A DNA stretch of 64,000 bases from Leucoraja ocellata. Its lineage: Eukaryota. Positions 25,200 to 37,879 of this stretch are shown piece after piece (the stretch's first letter is position 1; each line of letters opens with the position of its first letter). The position numbers and the translations under genes were made by a program. Below the pieces are notes generated by a model. The model was not told the DNA's origin and did no database searches. It worked only from the letters and a program-made list of their open reading frames with translations. The stretch is from positions 1,116,001-1,180,000 of the forward strand of contig JAWMAR010000563.1 in the NCBI GenBank assembly GCA_036785375.1. The letters run 5' to 3'.

Positions 25200-25950
25200 G
25201 TTTAGCTTGAGGTTTGTTATTATGATGTGTACCAAGGTACGGTGAAAAGCACTGTTTTTACTGCTGTATACATAAATACAGCCAAGGCAAACGCAAGTAC
25301 AATATGCAGACTGAAGGATAAGGTACAGAGTGAAGAAAATAGCTCTCAACATTATTGTTCAACAACTCCAGAGACAAAATCCAAAGGTCATATTCTTAAA
25401 AGGAGAATTGGGACTTGGTCCTAACATATGGAATGACCATTCAAAAGCTTGATAACAGAGGAGAAGAAGCAGTTCCTGTGTCTGATGTTCTGCATCTTTA
25501 AGCTCTACATCTTCTGCCTGATGGGAGTAGAGACAAAATGAATCACTAGTGTGAGCAATGTTTTTGACTATGTCGGCTGCCTTGCTGAAGCAGCAGGAAG
25601 TGTAAATGGAGACAATGATGGGCAGTCTGGTCTGTGTGATAGACTGTGCTACTTCCACATCTCTCTGCAATTTCTTGTGGTCTTGGGCAGAGCTATTCTG
25701 AAAACAAGCTGTGACGTAACCTGATAGGATGCTTTCTATGGTACATCTGTGGAAGTTGGTAAGAGTCATTGGACACGTACCAAATTTCCTCGGTCCTCTG
25801 TGGAAGTTGAGGCATTGGTGTGCCTTCTTGTCTGTCACTTCAATGTGGTTGGTCCATCAAGGTTTGTAGGTAATATTTACACAATAGAATTTGAAGCTCT
25901 CAACCATTTCTACTTTAGCACCATTGATACTGATTCGGACATGCTGACTT
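25200..25950 (-). mobile_element. Degenerate Rex1/Babar LINE 3' fragment
   Basis: KKAHQCL...TNFHRCTIESILSGYVTACF...KKLQR; homologous to 46000-46200. Confidence 0.75.
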
Positions 25951-26329
25951 GATATCACATGCCAAAGAGCATGACTCGAAACATCACCCATTCCTGCTAC
26001 CTAGAGATGCAGCTAGCATCTGCAGTTCCTTCCTACACAATTTGGCTGCTCCACTGAGAAATCTCCTCAAGGTATGCCTCCAACGAGAGTACTGCAGTCC
26101 AAAAATGGGTCTCGACCTGAAACGTCACCCATTCCTTTTATCTAGAGATGCTGCCCGTCCCCCTGAGTAACTCCAGCATTTTGTGTCTATCTTCAGCATG
26201 AGCTCAGTTTCCCACATTAGCCAGGTTTTGACTAAACACTCAAGCTATCTATATAACCATATAACAATTACAGCACGGAAACAGGTCATCTCGGCCTTAC
26301 AAATCTGTGCCGAACAACTATGTTTCCCT

Positions 26330-26550
26330 GGTTACACAAAAAAGCTGGAGAAACTCAGCGGGTGCAGCAGCATCTATGGAGCGAAGGAAATAGGCAACGT
26401 TTCGGGCCGAAACCCTTCTTCAGACTGATCGGGGGCGGGGGTGGGCGGGGACAAGAAAGGGAAAAGGAGGAGGAGCCCGAAGGCTGGGGGATGGGAAGAG
26501 ACAGCAGGGGGGCTGAGGAAGGGGAGGAGACAGCAAGGACTAACAAAAGA
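26330..26550 (-). mobile_element. Penelope-like terminal repeat inserted in the CR1 3' UTR, with 14-bp TSD
   Basis: AACTATGTTTCCCT at 26316-26329 and 26551-26564; hammerhead core on minus at about 26396-26426. Confidence 0.85.
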
Positions 26551-28284
26551 AACTATGTTTCCCTTATTCCCACCTGCCTGTACTCATACCATAACCCTCC
26601 ATTCCCTTCTCATCCATATGCCTATCCAATTTATTTTTAAATGATACCAATGAACCTGCCTCCACCACTTCCACTGGAAGCTCATTCCACACCGCTACCA
26701 CTCTCTGAGTAAAGAAGTTCCCCCTCATGTTACCCCTAAACTTCTGTCCCTTAATTCTGAAGTCATGTCCACTTGTTTGAATCTTCCCTATTCTCAAAGG
26801 GAAAAGCTTGGCCACATCAACTCTGTCTATCCCTCTCATCATTTTAAAGACCTCTATCAAGTCCCCCTTAACCTTCTGCGCTACAGAGAATAAACACCTA
26901 ACTTGTTCAACCTATCTCTGTAACTTAGTTGTTGAAACCCAGGCAACATTCTAGTAAATCTCCTCTGTACTCTCTCTATTTTGTTGACATCCTTCCTATA
27001 ATTGGGCGACCAAAATGGTACACCATACTCCAGATTTGGTCTCACCAATGCCTTGTACAATTTTAACATTACATCCCAGCTTCTATACTCAATGCTCAGA
27101 TTTATAAAGGCTAGCATACCAAAAGCTTTCTTTACCACTCTATCTATATGAGATTCCACCTTCAAGGAACTATGCACGGTTATACCCAGATCCCTCTGTT
27201 CAACTGTATTCTTCAATTCCCTACCATTTACCATGTACGTCCTATTTTGATTTGTCCTGCCAAGGTGTAGCACCTCACATTTATCAGCATTAAACTCCAT
27301 CTGCCATCTTTCAGCCCATTTTTCCAAATGGCCTAAATCACTCTGTAGACTTTGGAAATCCTCTTCATTATCCACAACACCCCCTATCTTGATATCATCT
27401 GCATACTTACTAATCCAATTCACCACACCTTCATCCAGATCATTGATGTACATGACAAACAACAAAGGACCCAACACAGATCCCCGAGGCACCCCACTAG
27501 TCACCTGCCTCCAACCCGATAAACAGCCATCCACCATTACCCTCTGGCTTCTCCCATTCAGCCACTGTTGAATCCATCTTGCTATTCCTGCATTTATACC
27601 CAACAGTTGAACCTTCTTAACCATCCTTCCATGAGGAACCTTGTCAAAGGCCTTACTAAAGTCCATATAGACAACATCCACTGCTTTACCCTCGTCAATT
27701 TCCCTAGTAACCTCTTCAAAAAATTCAAGAAGATTAGTCAAACATGACCTTCCAGGCACAAATCCATGTTGACTGTTCCTAATCAGACCCTGTTTATCCA
27801 GATGCTTATATATATTATCTCTAAGTATCTTTTCCATTAATTTGCCCACCACTGAAGTCAAACTAACAGGTCTATAATTGCTAGGTTTACTCTTAGAACC
27901 CTTTTTAAACAATGGAACAACTTGCGCAATACGCCAATCCTTGGGGACTATTCCCGTTTCTAATGACATTTGAAATATTTTTGTCATAGCCCCGGCTATT
28001 TCTACACTAACTTACCCTCAATGTCCTAGGGAATATCCTGTCTGGACCTGGAGACTTATCCACTTTTATATTTTTCAAAAGTGTCAGTACTTCTTTTACT
28101 TTGAACCTCATAGTATCCATAGCTACTCTACTAGTTTCCCTTACCTCACATAATTCAATATCCTTCTCCTTGGTGAATACCGAAGAAAAAAAAATGTTCA
28201 ATATCTCCCCCATCTCTTTTGGCTCTGCAGATAGCTGTCCACTCTGTCTCTCCAATGGACCAATTTTATCCCTCGTTATCCTTT

Positions 28285-28695
28285 TAGAAACATAGAAACA
28301 TAGAAATTAGGTGCAGGATAGGCCATTTGGCCCCTCGAGCCTGCACCGCCATTCAATATGATCATGGCTGATCATCCAACTCAGTATCCCGTACCTGCCT
28401 TCTCTCCATACCCCCTGATCCCCTTAGCCACAAGGGCCACATCTAACTCCCTCTTAAATATAGCTAATGAACTGGCCTCAACTACCCTCTGTGGCAGAGA
28501 GTTCCAGAGATTCACCACTCTCTGTGTGAAAAAAGTTCTTCTCATCTCGGTTTTAAAGGATTTCCCCCTTATCCTTAAGCTGTGACCCCTTGTCCTGGAC
28601 TTCTCTAACATCGGGAACAATCTTCCTGCATCTAGCCTGTCCAACTCCTTAAGAATTTTGTAAGTTTCTATAAGATCCCCTCTCAATCTCCTAAA
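28285..28695 (-). mobile_element. CR1 family B 3' fragment nested in CR1 family A
   Basis: ORF 28381-28686; host sequence cctcgttatcctttt|gctattaata resumes after the insert. Confidence 0.9.
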
Positions 28696-30371
28696 TTTTG
28701 CTATTAATATAGCTGTAGAAACCCTTTGGATTTACTTTCACCTTATTTGCCAAAGCAACCTCATATCTTCTTTTAGCTTTTCTAATTTCTTTCTTAAGAT
28801 TCTTTTTACATTCCTTATACTCCTCAAGCACCTCATTTACTTCATGCTGCCTATAATTATTGTAGATCTCCCTCTTTTTCCGAACAAGATGTCCAATTTC
28901 CCTTGAAAACCAGGGCTCTTTCCAATTTTTACTGTTTCCTTTCCACCGAACAGGAACATGAAGATTCTGTACTCTTAAAATATCCCCTTTAAATGTCCTC
29001 CATTTCTCTTCTACATCTTTCCCATAAAACAAAATGTCCCAGTTCACTCCTTTTAAATCATCTCGCATCTCATCAAAGTTAGCCTTTCTCCAATCAAAAA
29101 TCTCAACCCTTGGTCCAGTTCTGACCCTCTCCATAATTATATTGAAACTAATGGTATTGTGATCACTGGACCCGAAGTGCTCCCCAACGCATACCTCTGC
29201 CACCTTTCCCGTCTCATTTCCTAACAGGAGGTCCAGCACTGCCCCTCCTCTAGTAGGTACCTCTATGTATTGCTGCAAAAAACTATCCTGCATTTTACAA
29301 ACTCCAACGCATCCAGCCCATTTACAGAATGTGTTTCCCAGTCTATGTGTGGAAAGTTGAAATCTCCCACAATCACTATCTTGTGCTTACTACTAATCTC
29401 TGCTATCTCCTTACATATTTGCTCTTCCAATTTTCGTTCCCCATTTGGCGGTCTATAATACACCCCTATAAGTGTTGCTACACCTTTCCCTCTTCTCAAT
29501 TCCACCCAAATAGCCTCCCTAGACGAGCCCTCCAATCTATCCTGCCAAAGCACTGCTGTAATATCTTCCCTGACTAGCAATGCAACACCTCCAACTCTTG
29601 CCCCTCCAATTCTATCACACCTGAAGCAACGAAATCCTGGAATATTTAGTTTCCAATCACAGCCCTCCTGCAACCACGTTTGACTGATCGCCACAACATC
29701 ATCCACCTTTCTTACAATGCTCCTAGCATTAAAATATATACATTTAAGAAACCCCCCGTTTCTTATTCTCTGTTTATTTCCTTTTTTTTCTTTCTCCTTT
29801 TGTGTCCGAGTGCTTCCCTTTTCTGCTTCCTGCCTCCCATTGTGTCTACTAGCTTTCTCTATTTTAGTCCCTCGCCCCAACCATTCTAGTTTAAAGTCTT
29901 CCCAGCAGCCTTTGGAAATTTCCCCGCTAGGATATTGGTCCCCCTCACTATATCCTGTTGTAGAATCATACTTTCCACATTAAACCGTGCCATTTCATCT
30001 ATTTTTGTATCATTGTCAAAACTGAGTCCTTACATTGGTTCCCTGCTCCAATTAGTTGAGGGGAGCCCTGATAGAAATATGTAAAACTATCAAAGACATG
30101 GATAGGTTTGGCAGAAGGTGCAGAAGATTGAAGGCACGTACCACCAGCCTCAGCAACAGTTTCTTCCCCTCTGTTATCTGGCTTCTGAACAGTTTTTCCG
30201 TAGGTTATGGTAAGGTCTGATTTACCTCTATCCACCGAGATCATTGGTCTTTCTCTCTGGAACTGATGCGCTACAATGCTGAGATCGACATTCTGCATGA
30301 TATTCCTCCCCTTTGAATTGATTATATCTGTGTCTGGTATATCTAATCTGTTTGCATAGCATGGCATGCTT

Positions 30372-31790
30372 TGATCCTTGGATGGAGTCAAGGGAGGAGG
30401 TAAAGCGACAAGTGTAGCATTTTCTGTGGCTGCAAGGGAGAATACCAGGGGAGGGGGTGGTTTGGGTGGGAAGGGACGAGTTGACCAGGGAGTTACAGCG
30501 GGAGCGGTCTCTGCAGAAAGACAAAAACGGTGGAGATGGGAAGATGTGGCCAGTGATGGGATCCCGTTGGAGGTGGCGAAAATGTCGGAGGATTATTTGT
30601 TGTATGTGACGGCTGGTAGAGGGGAAGGTGAGGACAAGGGGGACTCATCACGAATGGGGGGATGGGGAGTGAGAGCGGAGCAACGGGATATAGAAGAGAC
30701 CCTGGTGAGAGCCTCAACTATAGTCGAAGAGGGGAAGCCCCGTTTCCTAACCTTCCCCTCCCCTGGCACTTTCCCATGCAACCGCAGGAAATGGTACACT
30801 TGTCGCTTTACCTCCCCCCTTGACTACATCCAAAGACCTAAGCAGTCTTTCCAAGTGAGGCAGAGGTTCACCTGCCCCTCGTCCAAACTCATCTATTGCA
30901 TCCTCTGCCCTAGATGTCAACTGCTCTAAATCAGTGAGACCAAGCGCAGGTTTGGCGATCGCTTCACTCAACACCTCCGCTCAGTCCGCTTTAACCAACC
31001 TGATCTCCCGGTGGCTCAGCACTTCAACTCCCCCTCCCATTCCGAATCCGACCTTTCTGTCCTGGGTCTCCTCCATGGCCAAAGTGAGTCGCTCTGCAAA
31101 TTGGAGGAGCAGCATATCATTTTTCACTTGGGTAGTTTACACCCCAGCGGTATGAACATTGACTTCTCCATTTTCAGGTAGTCCTTGCCAAAGATCCTAT
31201 AGCGAGCAAGATAGTCCACTCGACGAAAAAGACGTAGTAGGGTCATGGGCAGATTCATGGGGAATTTAAGGCCCCATTTCCGTAACCGGCTTCCGTCACT
31301 GCACCAAATAGTGCGGACACGGAAGCCGGTTACGGAAACATCCTTGTAAAAATAAAAGTTATTTGGTAAAAATCTTCTCCTCATTTTCAGAATTTAAATT
31401 TATTAACACAAACTGTTCCCCCACAACGTTGATTACACTGCAAGTCGGGTCGGGTCCGGTTACAGAAATGGATGAAAAAAGGCCCACCCACATTCCGTTC
31501 CATTGCGTACTACACGTCAGCACTTAACAGGAGTGGTCCATCTTGCTCCGCTATGGGATCTTTGGTCCTTGCTTTCTCCCTCCTTCCCCTCCCCTCCCCA
31601 GCTCTCCCACAGCCCATTGTCTCCACCTCGTCCTTCCTTCTTCTCGCCCCCCCACCCCCACATCAGTCTGAAGAAGGGTCTCGACCCAAAACGGCACCTA
31701 TTCCTTTGCTGCATAAAGGCTGCCTCACCCACATAGTTTCTCCAGCATTTTTGTCTACCTTCGATTTTTGCAGCATCTGCAGTTCTTTCT
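30372..31790 (+). mobile_element. Penelope-like element: GIY-YIG endonuclease region with inverted 5' segment and 3' terminal repeat
   Basis: FTCPSSKLIYCILCPRCQLL*ISETKRRFGDRFTQH...PVAQHFN...EEQHIIFHLG; 30378-30460 is the inverse of 30750-30830. Confidence 0.85.
31189..31564. mobile_element. Non-autonomous TIR element with CAAAG termini and 8-bp TSD (P-superfamily-like)
   Basis: TIRs of about 34 bp (CAAAGATCCTATAGCG-AGCAAGAT / ATCTTGCTCCGCTATGGGATCTTTG); GTCCTTGC duplicated at 31181-31188 and 31565-31572. Confidence 0.85.
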
Positions 31791-32189
31791 TAAACATGTA
31801 CTTGTTTTTGTACTTTTCTTGAGTGTATGGTGGGGTAATATGGAGTGTGCTTTAAAATCAAATGTGAGGTAAGAATGGTTTAATTGTCATATGTATCAAC
31901 AATGGAACAACAACATTCTTACTTGCTGCAGCTTCACCTGCATGTAACTGCAATAACACAGAGATAATATAAAACAACCAATAAAACAATACATTAATAA
32001 CTGGACTATCATAATAGAGCAAAACATAAAATTCATAGCAGATTCAAAGACAGTCCATAGATGATCATAGATGCTGAAGTTAGTTTTGTGTGGTGTTGAA
32101 GAGCCTGATGATTGCTGAGAGGAGGCTGTTCTTGAATCCGGCTGTCACTGTTTTCAGGCTGCTGTATCTTTCCCTATATCTATACTTAG

Positions 32190-32488
32190 GGGCGGCAGGG
32201 TGGCGCAGCAGTAGAGTTGCTGCCTTACAGCACCAGACACCCGGATTCGACCCTGACATGGGTGCAGTCTGTACTGAGTTTGTATGTTGGGTGAATGCAT
32301 TGTTTTTTTCCTGGTGCTCCAGTTTCCTCCCACACTCCAAAGACGTACAGGTTTGTAGGTTAATTGGCCTGTAAATTGTCCCTAGTGTGTGTATGATAGT
32401 GCCAATGTAAAGGGGTCATTGGTCTTCGCAAACTTGGTAGGCCGAAAGGCCTGTTTCCTCGCTGTATCGCTAAACTAAACTAAACTAA
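32190..32488 (+). mobile_element. V-SINE (HE1-like), full length
   Basis: A-box-like tggcgcagcagtag, B-box-like ggattcgacc, V-domain, (taaac)n tail. Confidence 0.85.
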
Positions 32489-32877
32489 TTCTGCCCTTAG
32501 AATGTGTGCTTGGACAATGCAGACGCAGCTTTACTTTCAATTTTCTTTTAAAAAAGCTGTACATTGAGGCAGCTGCAGAATTGCTGCTCCTCTGCTCCGG
32601 CAACTTACATTCAATCCTGATCTCGGGTACAGAGTGTATCATTTTCATGTTCTCCCTATGACATGTGGAGCTCCACCAAATGCTCCGGTTTCCTCCTATG
32701 TCCCAAAGACATGAGAGTTGGTTGGTTAATTGAATGCTATAAATTGCCCAGTGTGTGAATGGGTGACAGATGTTGTCATTGTTTAGTTTAGTTTAGAGAT
32801 ACAGCGAGGAAACCCTACAGCCCACCGTGTCTGCATCGACCAGTGATCCCCGCATATTAACACTACTCTACACACAC

Positions 32878-33430
32878 TTGGCCAAATGGATTCTTGGGGT
32901 GGCAGCTCAGTCCCTCAAGCCTGATGTGCTGGCAGCTCACTCATGGCTGGTGGGCTGGCAGCTGACTCACGGCTATTCCTTGAAATTCCATTTCAAGCAG
33001 AGTGCAAGGTCACCAAATTCAAGTGCAGTTTCATACCATTTCATGCTGGAGCAAGGACACCGCATTCAAATGCAGTTTCATACCATTTCGTGCAAGGCTA
33101 CCAAATTCAAATGCAGTTTCATACTATTTCAAGCAGGATGAAACCACCATAAAAACCACCATAAAAACCACCATAAAACCACACAAAACACCATACTCAC
33201 AGTTCAGTAGACATTCAGTGTGTTCAGTTGATTCACAGCTCAGACAGAGTCGTGACCTCTCCCTCCCCCATCATGCCGAGCTGAGCCACACCCACACTTC
33301 TGGGTTTTATAATCCCTCCCCCTACCACTGGAAAAGGTGTGGCCTTCATGGCGTGATTGACAGGCGAGAGATTCCCAACACTACTAACACTTTTGTTTTT
33401 CATTGATGGGAAGAATCCTCTTAGGCTGAG
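32878..33430 (-). mobile_element. Second Helitron-like family, 3' part, with internal minisatellite
   Basis: Homologous to 37200-37420; left end cttggccaaatggattcttgggg resembles a decayed reverse complement of the Helitron 3' end. Confidence 0.5.
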
Positions 33431-33444
33431 CATCAAAAATGTGT

Positions 33445-35063
33445 CTAGAAATCAGTTTTCGTGACCCAAGTCACCAACCTACATGAAATTTTCCACAGAT
33501 CTAGATGAAATATAATTGAGAAGGAAGTCATAATTCGTCATTGCCGAAAGTTGCACAATAATTAATTAAACTAATTAGAAAATGAGATCGGGAAAGTAAG
33601 CGCCATCTAGTGGCCAATACCCGTATTACACAATGGGCAGCCTACTTCCGTGTTGCAGTCCATTTCCAGCGGACCCCAACTTCATGAATAAATGAATAAT
33701 TGAATGAGTGAATGCATGATGAATGATTGAATGAATGAGTGAGTGAGTGAATGAATGGAAGGGATGTACAGCCTCCACATCTTATTTGTTCACATTATAA
33801 AGGGTGCAATTAAATTAATTAAAGTCCATACAGATTAATTTTCATAAATTCAGACTTTAGATCTTACCTTTCAGTGTGAGTTGATTCACAAAGTTTCACA
33901 ACTTTTTGTTGGAGCATCTCAGCAGGGACTTTACTTTCAAGGCTTTCTTCCACTTCTATCCACTTAACTACACATTTTTCTGACTTCTTAATGCTTTTCT
34001 CACTAAATTCAATTACCCTGCTACAAGTTTCCATAACAAAAAACCTTCATTGGAATCTCCATTAAAATAGGCATCAGTGAAGCCCTCTCAGTATGATGTG
34101 TGCTAGCCTGAAACAAAGTGCATGATTGGCCAACTGACAGACAACTCAATGTTAAACGTGCTTTGATTGGACTAAAAATACCCTAAACTTTTCCGTTTTT
34201 TCTCTAATTTAATGAAAATGTGCAAGTCTTGTTCATGACGAGTTTCAGGGGTGATTTATATGATTTTTATATGATAAAATTAGGACATTTTATTATTTGC
34301 CAAAATATATTTCTCAATGTTTCTTGTTTAAAGCCTGCACATTCACCCAAACTACTTATTTATTTATTTATTAATCATCTAATAACAGACAAGCCTGCAG
34401 CATGGAATGTTGTCAACAATCCTGATTTTGGCAAATAATAAAATGTCCTAATTTTGTCCAACTAACAGCTGACAATTATCCCATTCCTTAGCTTGCATCT
34501 GAGTAAAATTTATTTCAAAACGCATGGATAGTTTACGATTATTTAAATGGTAAATGTAGCTTCAGAAGTGTTTTCATTTTGCATGTTAAAACCCACCTGA
34601 GAACCATGGGCGATTTTGCAATTTTACTGACGGATTTTTCACTTTTAAAACTTTTCATATAACAAATGAATAAAGATAAAAAAAGTCAATAATGCCTTAC
34701 TTTTGATGAAATGCAGCGAGCAAACGCGATAATTCACGATTTTTTGGATCTTTAAATCGCCACGACAAATGTCCGCTGACCACTTCCGCTGGTTTTGTAC
34801 CTTCAGCTCCCTCTTGAATTTACCTTAGTTTCTATCTTTTTTTTGGACTGTAAATTTAGGTAGATGTGCCTCACGGTCACCCCAACTGGCACAGTAATTT
34901 GCAGCTCAAAAACTGGCCGTTTTCAATGTTTTTAACGGGTGTGAAAGTGCGTGTTTTCCTATTCACTAACATGTACCGGAAGTACCAAGTGTACTCCACT
35001 TTAAATTTTCGGTCACGTGGGTGCGGATCTACGCTCCAGTGACCTTTCGTGAAATCACCCTAT
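33445..35063 (-). mobile_element. Intron-containing DNA transposon relic (Academ-like), 5' portion
   Basis: Terminus TAGGGTGATTTCACG on minus at 35063; CpG-rich leader ending at donor AA|gtaagg (about 34700); exon 34107-33868 with ATG at 34034 encoding METCSRVIEFSEKSIKKSEKCVVKWIEVEESLESKV..., ending at AG|gtaaga. Confidence 0.5.
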
Positions 35064-35907
35064 AGCAAATGGAATGGCAGGGCATAGTTGCCTGGAAATG
35101 TAATTATGTTTCAGATAACGCACCATTCTTGTGCTGCTAACTGCTCCTAATGTTTTTTTATGATTCAGGAGACCCATAAATCCAATCGCCTATCCAGACT
35201 TGAATCATTACAATGCAGAACAAAAGCAGGAAACCAAACACTGTCCACAGCTGGTAGAGCTGCTGCCTCACAGTACCAGCGACCAGCATTAGATCATCAC
35301 CTCTGGTATTATCTGTAGATTTTCTTTAAGAAAGAACTGCAGATGCTGAAAAATCGAATGTAGACACAAATGCTGGAGAAACTCAGTGGGTGAAGCAGCA
35401 TCTATGGAGTGAAGGAATAGGCGATGTTTCGGGTAGGGGCCCTCCAAGAAGGGTCTTCTTCGTTCTTTCTGTGACCACTGTGTTCTTCCCGGGTACTCTG
35501 GTTTTCTCCCGCATTCCTCAGATGTGTGGGTTTGTCAGTTAATTGACCTCTATAAATTTTCCCTAGCGTGTGTGGGGATTGGACAACATTGAACTAGTGT
35601 GAAGGGGTGACTGATGGTCAGCATGATGGGCTGAAGGGCCTGTGTCCATGTTGCATCTTTCAACTCTAAATGGAATGATGTAAAGAAGTTATATTGGAAG
35701 CTAGGTTGGACATTGAAACTGTGCAGCGCATGGTGGTGAATATAGACGGCAATGGTGTCTACGAGTTTATCAAGGTCCTATCTATCAGATACAATACAAC
35801 GGTTTATTTATTTGTCACATTGCACAAAAAGTGCAAGTGAAATGATATGGGGAGAACTTACACAACAGCATTGGTATTTGTTTATAATTGTCACTTTTAT
35901 TGAGATA

Positions 35908-36647
35908 TAGTGAAAAGCTTTTGTTTGCGTCATAATCAAATCAGATCAGGAATGACTGAGGGATTGTATTTAATTTTGCTCGGATAGTGCTGAACTAATT
36001 CACTTTTTTAACAGAAGTTGCAACTCACAGCAGTGACCAGAGTAAGCAAGAGACATCAAATACATGAACACAAGAAACGAGAAGCAGGAATCGTCCCACA
36101 AGTCCCTTTGCAGACCTAGTCCAAACCAATGTTTTAGTCCATATTACTCATCCACTGATTGAGGCCACATTATTCTGCTCCCTTCTCCATAAAGTTTAGT
36201 TTAGTTTATTATTGTAATGTGTATACAAATACGGTGAAACACTATGTTTTGCATGCCATCCAGTCATAATACACCACACATGAGTGCAATGATAGACAAG
36301 TAAGTGCAATGATTGCAGTGGGTCATTGTAGAGATCACAAGAACAATGATGTATTTGTTGGCCATGAGAAAAGTCTGTTCTGCAGCTCAATTGGGTCATG
36401 ATTGATCTACTCCTGACCAGAAGAGTCTGTAACCAATAACCCACAACTTCCCAAAGAAACAAATCCATCCTTCTCAGTAACATAATGAATCTACACTCTG
36501 CAGTTGAAGATTCCCACCATTCGTTATCATCTGGGAGAAAATAAAACAATTTTCTCCTCAGTTTGAAACCTTGGCCTCCAAGGTAAAGTTTCCTCCATGA
36601 GGGGGAATATCAAGAACAGGAGGAAATAGAAGAGTGGTAGGCTATCA
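35908..36647 (+). repeat. Segmental duplicate, copy 2 (paralog at 22608-23902)
   Basis: Direct near-identity; paired ORFs 23566-23811 and 36196-36549. Confidence 0.9.
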
Positions 36648-36649
36648 GG

Positions 36650-37546
36650 CTATCTTGTTCATGACGAGTTTCAGGGGTGATTTATATGATTTCTTTACAC
36701 AATATGTGAAAATTTCATGTAGTTCTGTGACTCGGGTCACGAAACACTGGAATAAAGCTCCTCGGCCCACAGCCTATCTGCACCTGATGAGCAGAGGGGG
36801 ACTGAGTAAGATGGCCAAATATCACAGCCTTAAGTGGTAGCGTTTTATCTAAAATCAATATAGTGCAAACAGGAAGTGGTCAAGTTTAGACAAACAACCA
36901 TTTGCATGCAGTGCCTTTTCACTTCAACCCAAACACCGCAAACAACCATTTGCAGGCAGTGCCTTTTCACTTCAACCCAAACACCCCAAACAACCATTTG
37001 CATGCAATGCCTTTTTACTTCAACCCAAACCCCCCCAAACAACCAGTTGCTTACAGTGCCTTTTTACTTCAACCCATACCCCCCAAACAACCATTTGCAT
37101 GCAGTGACTTTTTACTTCAACTCAAATCCCCCAAACAACTATTTGCATGCAGTGCCTGCTTACTTCAAACCAACCATATTTTCATTTTCAAACCACATTA
37201 AGGGCACTCACAGTTGAGTAGACATGTGTTCAGTGTTATTCAGAGCTCAGACACGTGACCCTCTGGCTTCCGCCATCTTGCAGAGACTGAGTGAGGCACA
37301 CCACTTCCGGGTTTTATAGTGCCTCCCCATCCCCCTCCCACCAGCAGGGGCAGCAGAGAGAATGGCAAATTAAAAAAAAACATTAATATCTCTCAGATTT
37401 TTCATCGATGGAAAAAACCCTCTGATCCAGGGAGGGGGGCTTTGAGCGAGGTGGCCAAAAATGACGGCCGTAGGTCGCGACGTTCGCTCGGAAATCACAG
37501 CACAGTGAGCCAAATGCGGTCAAGATCAGACTTTTAGTAATATAGA
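36650..37546 (-). mobile_element. Helitron-like non-autonomous element, 5' part, with ~39-bp minisatellite (36890-37170)
   Basis: Minus-strand start TCTATATTACTAAAAG at 37546; about 7 units of aaacaaccatttgcatgcagtgccttttcacttcaaccc. Confidence 0.6.
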
Positions 37547-37879
37547 ATTTATACACACACACACACATACTCATATGTACACACAAAAAACAAACAATAA
37601 TGGTGCAACAATAACAATAATAGTCTATGTAGTTAATAGCCTAAAGGATGTAGGGAAGTAGTTATTCCTCAACCTGACGTTACAGTTTTCAGACTCCTGT
37701 ACCTTCTACCCCAATGGCAGGGGTGAAATGAATGTGTGGCCAGGGTGATGTGGGTCTGTGGTGATGCATGCTGCCTTTTTGAGACAGCGACTGCAGTAAA
37801 TCCCTTCAATGGTGGGGAGGTCAGAACCCGTGATGGACTGGGCAGTGTTCACAAATGTTTACAGTCTTCTTCACTCCTA

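Larger units (their letters stand above)
26248..29945 (-). mobile_element. CR1 family A, near-complete ORF2 (APE + RT) with two nested insertions
   Basis: ORFs 29263-29880, 28691-29293, 28007-28255, 26881-27987 and 26564-26860; tail at 26248-26270. Confidence 0.95.

Noticed and set aside
36876-37217. Repetitive Cys/His-rich ORFs; CRISPR-like periodicity
   Set aside because: Head-to-tail ~39-bp minisatellite without unique spacers, in a eukaryotic repeat; no cas genes.
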